64,000 nucleotides of DNA. Source: Eledone cirrhosa (taxonomy: Eukaryota). Position 1 is the first letter of the stretch, and every line of letters begins with the position of its first letter. The DNA lies in assembly GCA_964016885.1 (NCBI GenBank), contig OZ024758.1, positions 11,346,001 through 11,410,000 of the forward strand, given 5' to 3'. The notes under the pieces are model-generated. The model had not been told where the DNA came from. It worked only from the letters and a program-made list of their open reading frames with translations, and did no database searches. Below, piece after piece: positions 58,775-64,000 of this stretch. The position numbers were made by a program, and so were the translations under genes.

Positions 58775-58842
58775 ATGTATATAACAATAACAAAGCGTGC
58801 AGTACGAACAGTCAGTGTTGGTATTAAGTTCACACTTGAGTG

Positions 58843-58877
<35 letters not shown>

Positions 58878-58880
<3 letters not shown>

Positions 58881-59150
58881 AAAGTTTTATTTAAAATTGT
58901 TGGGTTACAACGAGTAAATATTTTATAACTGATATAAAAGCACTCAACAGATTTTGGAGTAGGTTTACGATATTAAACAAATGGAAACTATATTTATAAA
59001 ACCATATTTATTTCGTTATATATATTTCTGGGATATCATATTAAAAATATGGTATGCCTTCCTCAGACAAAATACAATATATAAGCTGTTTTATAAATAA
59101 TTTTGACATACCTTAGAATAATGCAACTTCCATTTAAAAAGTTGATTTGG
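58878..59150 (-). mobile_element. diverged family D relative next to (TA)n
   Basis: Collinear similarity to 45789-46062. Confidence 0.65.
59009..59074 (-). ncRNA. type I hammerhead ribozyme (diverged family D relative)
   Basis: TATTTTGT-CTGAGGA-stem II-GAA ATATATAT A|ACGAAATA. Stem I has a compensatory A-U to G-C change and position N7 varies. Confidence 0.62.
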
Positions 59151-59222
59151 TAGTGAAACTGTTGAGGACAGTTATAGAGAAAGAAAGACGAAGAAAAACG
59201 TTTTTCTTCGTCTTTCTTTCTC

Positions 59223-59445
59223 TAAATAAGCCTCTATCATTATATTTATGTTGCTGGTCAATATAAGGCATATCTCGAAAATAAGCCTCTATCATTATAT
59301 TTATGTTGCTGGCCAATATAAGTCCTACCTCGAAAATAAGCCTCTATCATTATATTTATGTTGCTGGCCAATATAAGGCATATCTCGAAGATAAGTTACT
59401 AGTATGCTGTTATGTTGCTGGCCAATATAACTTGACCTCGAAAAT
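59223..59445. repeat. about 56-bp tandem repeat, 3-4 units
   Basis: aaataagcctctatcattatatttatgttgctggccaatataag repeated. Confidence 0.85.
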
Positions 59446-59476
59446 AATCCCTGGAATTGAGGCTGGACTTGGCGTA

Positions 59477-60200
59477 AGGTGGTGTGATTGGTTTGGAACT
59501 GGAAATGTTGTGAGGTGGTGTGATTGGTTTGGAACTGGAAATGTTGTGAGGTGGTGTGATTGGTTTGGAACTGGAAATGTTGTGAGGTGTTGTGGTTGGT
59601 TTGGAACTGGAAATGTTGTGAGGTGGTGTGGTTGGTTTGGAACTGGAAATGTTGTGAGGTGGTGTGATTGGTTTGGAACTGGAAATGTTGTGAGGTGGTG
59701 TGGTTGGTTTGGAACTGGAAATGTTGTGAGGTGGTGTGATTGGTTTGGAACTGGAAATGTTGTGAGGTGGTGTGATTTGGTTGTGAGCTGGGAATGTTGT
59801 GAGGTGGTGTGATTTGGTTGTGAGCTGGGAATGTTGTGAGGTGGTGTGATTTGGTTGTGAGCTGGGAATGTTGTGAGGTGTTGTGATTGGTTTGGAACTG
59901 GAAATGTGAGGTGGTGTGATTGGTTTGGAACTGGAAATGTTGTGAGGTGTTGTGATTGGTTTGGAACTGGAAATGTTGTGAGGTGTTGTGATTGGTTTGG
60001 AACTGGAAATGTTGTGAGGTTGTGTGATTGGTTTGGAACTGGAAATGTTGTGAGGTGGTGTGATTTGGTTGTGAGCTGGGAATGTTGTGAGGTGGTGTGA
60101 TTGGTTTGGAACTGGAAATGTGAGGTGGTGTGATTGTTTGTGAGCTGGGAATGTTGTGAGGTGGTGTGATTTGGTTGTGAGCTGGGAATGTTGTGAGGTG
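59477..60200. repeat. 36-bp minisatellite (gaggtggtgtgattggtttggaactggaaatgttgt)
   Basis: Tandem periodicity with two variants. Confidence 0.93.
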
Positions 60201-60625
60201 GAAGGATTGGCTTGGAACAGACGATATTTAACGAAATACCAATAAAAAATAAATAGATAAACAAACAAACACAGAATAATTGAAAAATGCTAATATACTG
60301 ACAGTAATTACATGAAATTACATTTAACAGGAAATTATTCAATTCTCGAATATTGGAGCAAATATAAGATATCAAAAAATTGTACCCCTCTCTTTCCTTC
60401 TGTCGCAAACACACACACATATACAAACACACACAGAGACTGACACATACAGACACGTACACACGCACGCACAGAGACACACGCAGAGACACACACAGAC
60501 ACACTGTCTTTCATTCCTCACCTCTTTCTCTGGGTAAATGTATAATTACATAAATACAGGCACATATGAGGCAAACTTGTAGACAAACATCCCCTCTCTC
60601 TCTCTCTCTCTTTCACACACACACA

Positions 60626-60749
<124 letters not shown>

Positions 60750-60755
60750 CCACAC

Positions 60756-60852
<97 letters not shown>

Positions 60853-60881
60853 ACGCATTATATATATATATATATATATAT

Positions 60882-61081
60882 AACGAAGGAGTTGTGGTAA
60901 GGAACCAGATGGACCATAACGCACCAGAGTACTCAATACTTAGGGTAGTAGAGTAGGTAATAGGACAATGTATGACCCCGACGGCAGAGCTCAAGCCGTT
61001 TCGACGGCTATTTCTGGAATTTTAGTCCAGAAATAGCCGTCGAAACGGCTTGAGCTCTGCCGTCGGGGTCATACATTTTCC

Positions 61082-61083
<2 letters not shown>
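60882..61083 (-). mobile_element. family A fold-back element in (TA)n
   Basis: Tail plus palindrome; same variant subfamily as 10530-10713 but a different centre. Confidence 0.8.
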
Positions 61084-61151
<68 letters not shown>

Positions 61152-62484
61152 GGTGTAATCCTTTGGCTGTACAATAATAATCATATAATTGTCAACAAAC
61201 ATTTACTAATGGGGTGTGCCGCCCTCCCAAACATTCACCCACACCCAGCCCCTCACACACACCCATACACCCACCCAGCCCCTCCCAAACATACACGCAC
61301 ACACACACTCTCACACACACACTACACTGAAATGTTAGTTTCCATAAGAAAGATAAAGAGAGTACTCAATGCGTGGTACAGATTATATTGTTTATTCACA
61401 CACAGGTTATATATTGGTATTTGGTGGGGTCCCACGACATTTTTAGTGTGGCTACTTTAACTCTCTAGGGAATATTCCATTAGATTCTTTGGTTAACAGC
61501 TTCTTTGATTTTAAATTTAATTTTGTTCTTTCTTGTTTTAAGAAGGGAAGTTAATAAACCAAAACCGCAAACATCTCTTATTTCAATATATTTTAAAATG
61601 TGGGGGTTTACCATTGAAATGTAAGGGGCAGTGTGATCTAATGTCCCTCCTCTCTACTGGTTGGGGGTAAGAATGTCCCTCAGTGTGGGTGTGAGTGTGT
61701 GTGTGGGAGTGTGTGGGATGCGTGTGTGTTTGTAAACATGTGTGAGTGTAGGGTGTGTGCATATTGGTGTCAGAGAGAGAGTGAGAGAGAGAGAGAGAGA
61801 GTGAGAGAGAGAGAGAGAGAGATTATGTTTGTGGGGTGTGTGGGTGTTTGTGCATGCTGGTGTATGTGTGAGAGAGAGAGAGAGAGAGAGAGTGTGTGTG
61901 TGTGTGGGGGGGGGGTATGTGAAGGGGGAATATGAACAGATTATGGAAATGGAGAAAATATAAGGAGAATTTAGTTGTGGCATAAATAGAGATGAAAGGG
62001 CTTTTATGAAGAATCGAATCTGTTAGATGAAATATTGATTACTTAAGAGGAATATGGTGAATGATGTGATTGATATTTTACATGTTGATTTGTTGTAGAG
62101 GTGGTGGTTTTGTTGTGGTTGGTGATGGTGGTGTTGTTGTGGTGGTGTTGTTGTGGTAGTGGTGGTGGTTTTGTTGTGGTGGTGGTGTTGTTGTGGTGGC
62201 GGTGTTTTTGTGGTTGAGATCGTGGTGTTGTAGTGGTGGTGGTTTTGATGTGATTGGTGTTGTTGTTGTTGTGGTGGTGGTTTTAATGTGGTTGGTGGTG
62301 GTGTTGTGGTTGGTGGTGTTGTTGTGGTGGTGCTTTTGTTGTTGTAGTGGTAGTGGTTTAGATGTGGTTGGTGGTGGTGTTGTTGTTGTTGTAATAGTAG
62401 TTGTGGTGTTAGTGGTTTAAGTAGAACTATTACATTTGAAGAGAGAATTAAAGGTATACATAATAAAATATTTGCTTGGAAGAC

Positions 62485-62872
62485 CATGTAATGTAGAGCA
62501 TGTAATGTAGAGCATGTAATGTAGAGCATGCAATGTAGAGCATGTAATGTAGAGCGTGTAATGTAGAGCATTTAATGTAGACCATGTGATGTAGACCATG
62601 TGATGTAGAGCATGTAATGTAGAGCATGTAATGTAGACCATGTAATGTAGAGCATGTCATGTAGAGCATGTAATGTAGAGCACGTAATGTAGAGCATATA
62701 ATGTAGACCACGTAAGGTAGACCATGTAATGTAGAGCATGTAATGTAGACCATGTAATGTAGAGCATGTCATGTAGAGCATGTAATGTAGAGCACGTAAT
62801 GTAGACCATGTAATGTAGAGCGTGTAATGTAGAGCGTGTAATGTAGACCATGTAATGTAGAGCGTGTAATGT
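62485..62872. repeat. 15-bp minisatellite (catgtaatgtagagc)
   Basis: Tandem periodicity. Confidence 0.93.
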
Positions 62873-63157
62873 GATGATGGTGGTGATGATGGTGATGGTG
62901 TTGTTGGTGGCGATGCTGTTGATGGTGGTGATGGGGGTGATGGTGTTGTTGGTGTTGTTGGTGTTGTTGGTGTTGTTGGTGTTGTCTCAGCTGGACATCA
63001 ATGATAACAATGTCTAACAGACATACTCTGCTAAGACAGGATTAAAGGGTTAAAACAATAACACCAACATGTTTGTGAAGAATTATTTTCTTTTCATCGG
63101 TTTCACTTCCTGAAGAGAATTTCTGAGAAGTGTCACCATAAATAATAAGTAAGAAGT

Positions 63158-63558
63158 CTGTTAGTGTGGTGTTGTTAGTGTGGTGTTGTTAGTGTGGTGT
63201 TGTTAGTGTGGTGTTGTTAGTGTGGTGTTGTTAGTGTGGTGTTGTTAGTGTGGAGTCGTTAGTGTGGTGTTGTTAGTGTGGAGTTGTTAGTGTGGTGTTG
63301 TTAGTGTGGTGTTGTTAGTGTGGAGTCGTTAGTGTGGTGTTGTAAGTGTGGTGTTGTTAGTGTGGTGTTGTTAGTGTGGTATTGTTAGTGTGGTGTTATT
63401 AGTGTGGTGTTGTTAGTGTGGTGTTGTTAGTGTGGAGTTGTTAGTGTGGTGTTGTTAGTGTGGTGTTGTTAGTGTGGTGTTGTTAGTGGGGTGTTGTTAG
63501 TGTGGTGTTGTTAGTGTGGAGTTGTTAGTATGGTGTTGTTAGTGTGGCGTTGTTAGTG
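63158..63558. repeat. 14-bp minisatellite (ttagtgtggtgttg)
   Basis: Tandem periodicity. Confidence 0.93.
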
Positions 63559-63638
63559 ATACTTAGTGTAAAACATTGTTTAAAGAAGCGGTGTGAGAAT
63601 ATCTGTAGGAAGGTCAAAAGGTGATTGAGAGAAATAGG

Positions 63639-63919
63639 CTATGTATGTATGTATGTATGTATGTATGTATGTATGTATGTATGTATGTATGTATGTATGT
63701 ATGTATGTATGTATGTATGTATGTATGTGTGTGTATGTATGTATGTATGTGTGTATGTATGTATGTATGTATGTATGTGTGTGTATGTATGTATGTATGT
63801 GTGTATGTATGTATGTATGTATGTATGTGTGTGTGTGCGTCTGTATGCATGTATGTGAGAGGGATAAAGAGGTGAGGGAGAAAAAGATGAGGACTAAGAG
63901 ATATAGAGATAGATAGAGA

Positions 63920-63995
<76 letters not shown>
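63639..63995. repeat. (TATG)n and (GA)n microsatellites
   Basis: Seen directly. Confidence 0.9.
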
Positions 63996-63999
<4 letters not shown>

Positions 64000-64000
64000 G

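Noticed and set aside
63158-63558. Telomere-like repeat
   Set aside because: The unit is a 14-mer ttagtgtggtgttg, not TTAGGG; interstitial minisatellite.

Overview
AT-rich, extremely microsatellite- and minisatellite-rich animal genomic DNA. The SINE family and repeat landscape suggest a coleoid cephalopod such as Octopus (inference). The only supported host gene is the 5' part of a spliced class C GPCR of the GPR158/GPR179/CG31760 family on the minus strand. Its phase-consistent exons are 11445-11358, 5059-4976, 3486-2805, 1946-1776, 1080-864 and 320-<1, encoding a Cache-type ectodomain, a Cys-rich/EGF-like region and the start of TM1. The remainder is tRNA-derived SINEs, RTE-clade and other LINE relics, and tandem arrays; most long ORFs in the track are repeat translations. 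The most interesting signal is a set of at least six unrelated small element families inserted into (TA)n tracts. They carry minimal type I hammerhead ribozyme motifs, complete or only the 3' half, and most have copy-specific fold-back palindromes, which fits Penelope-like retroelement or retrozyme termini. One motif is a U3-A8 compensatory core variant. Several minisatellites also appear to originate at retroelement junctions.
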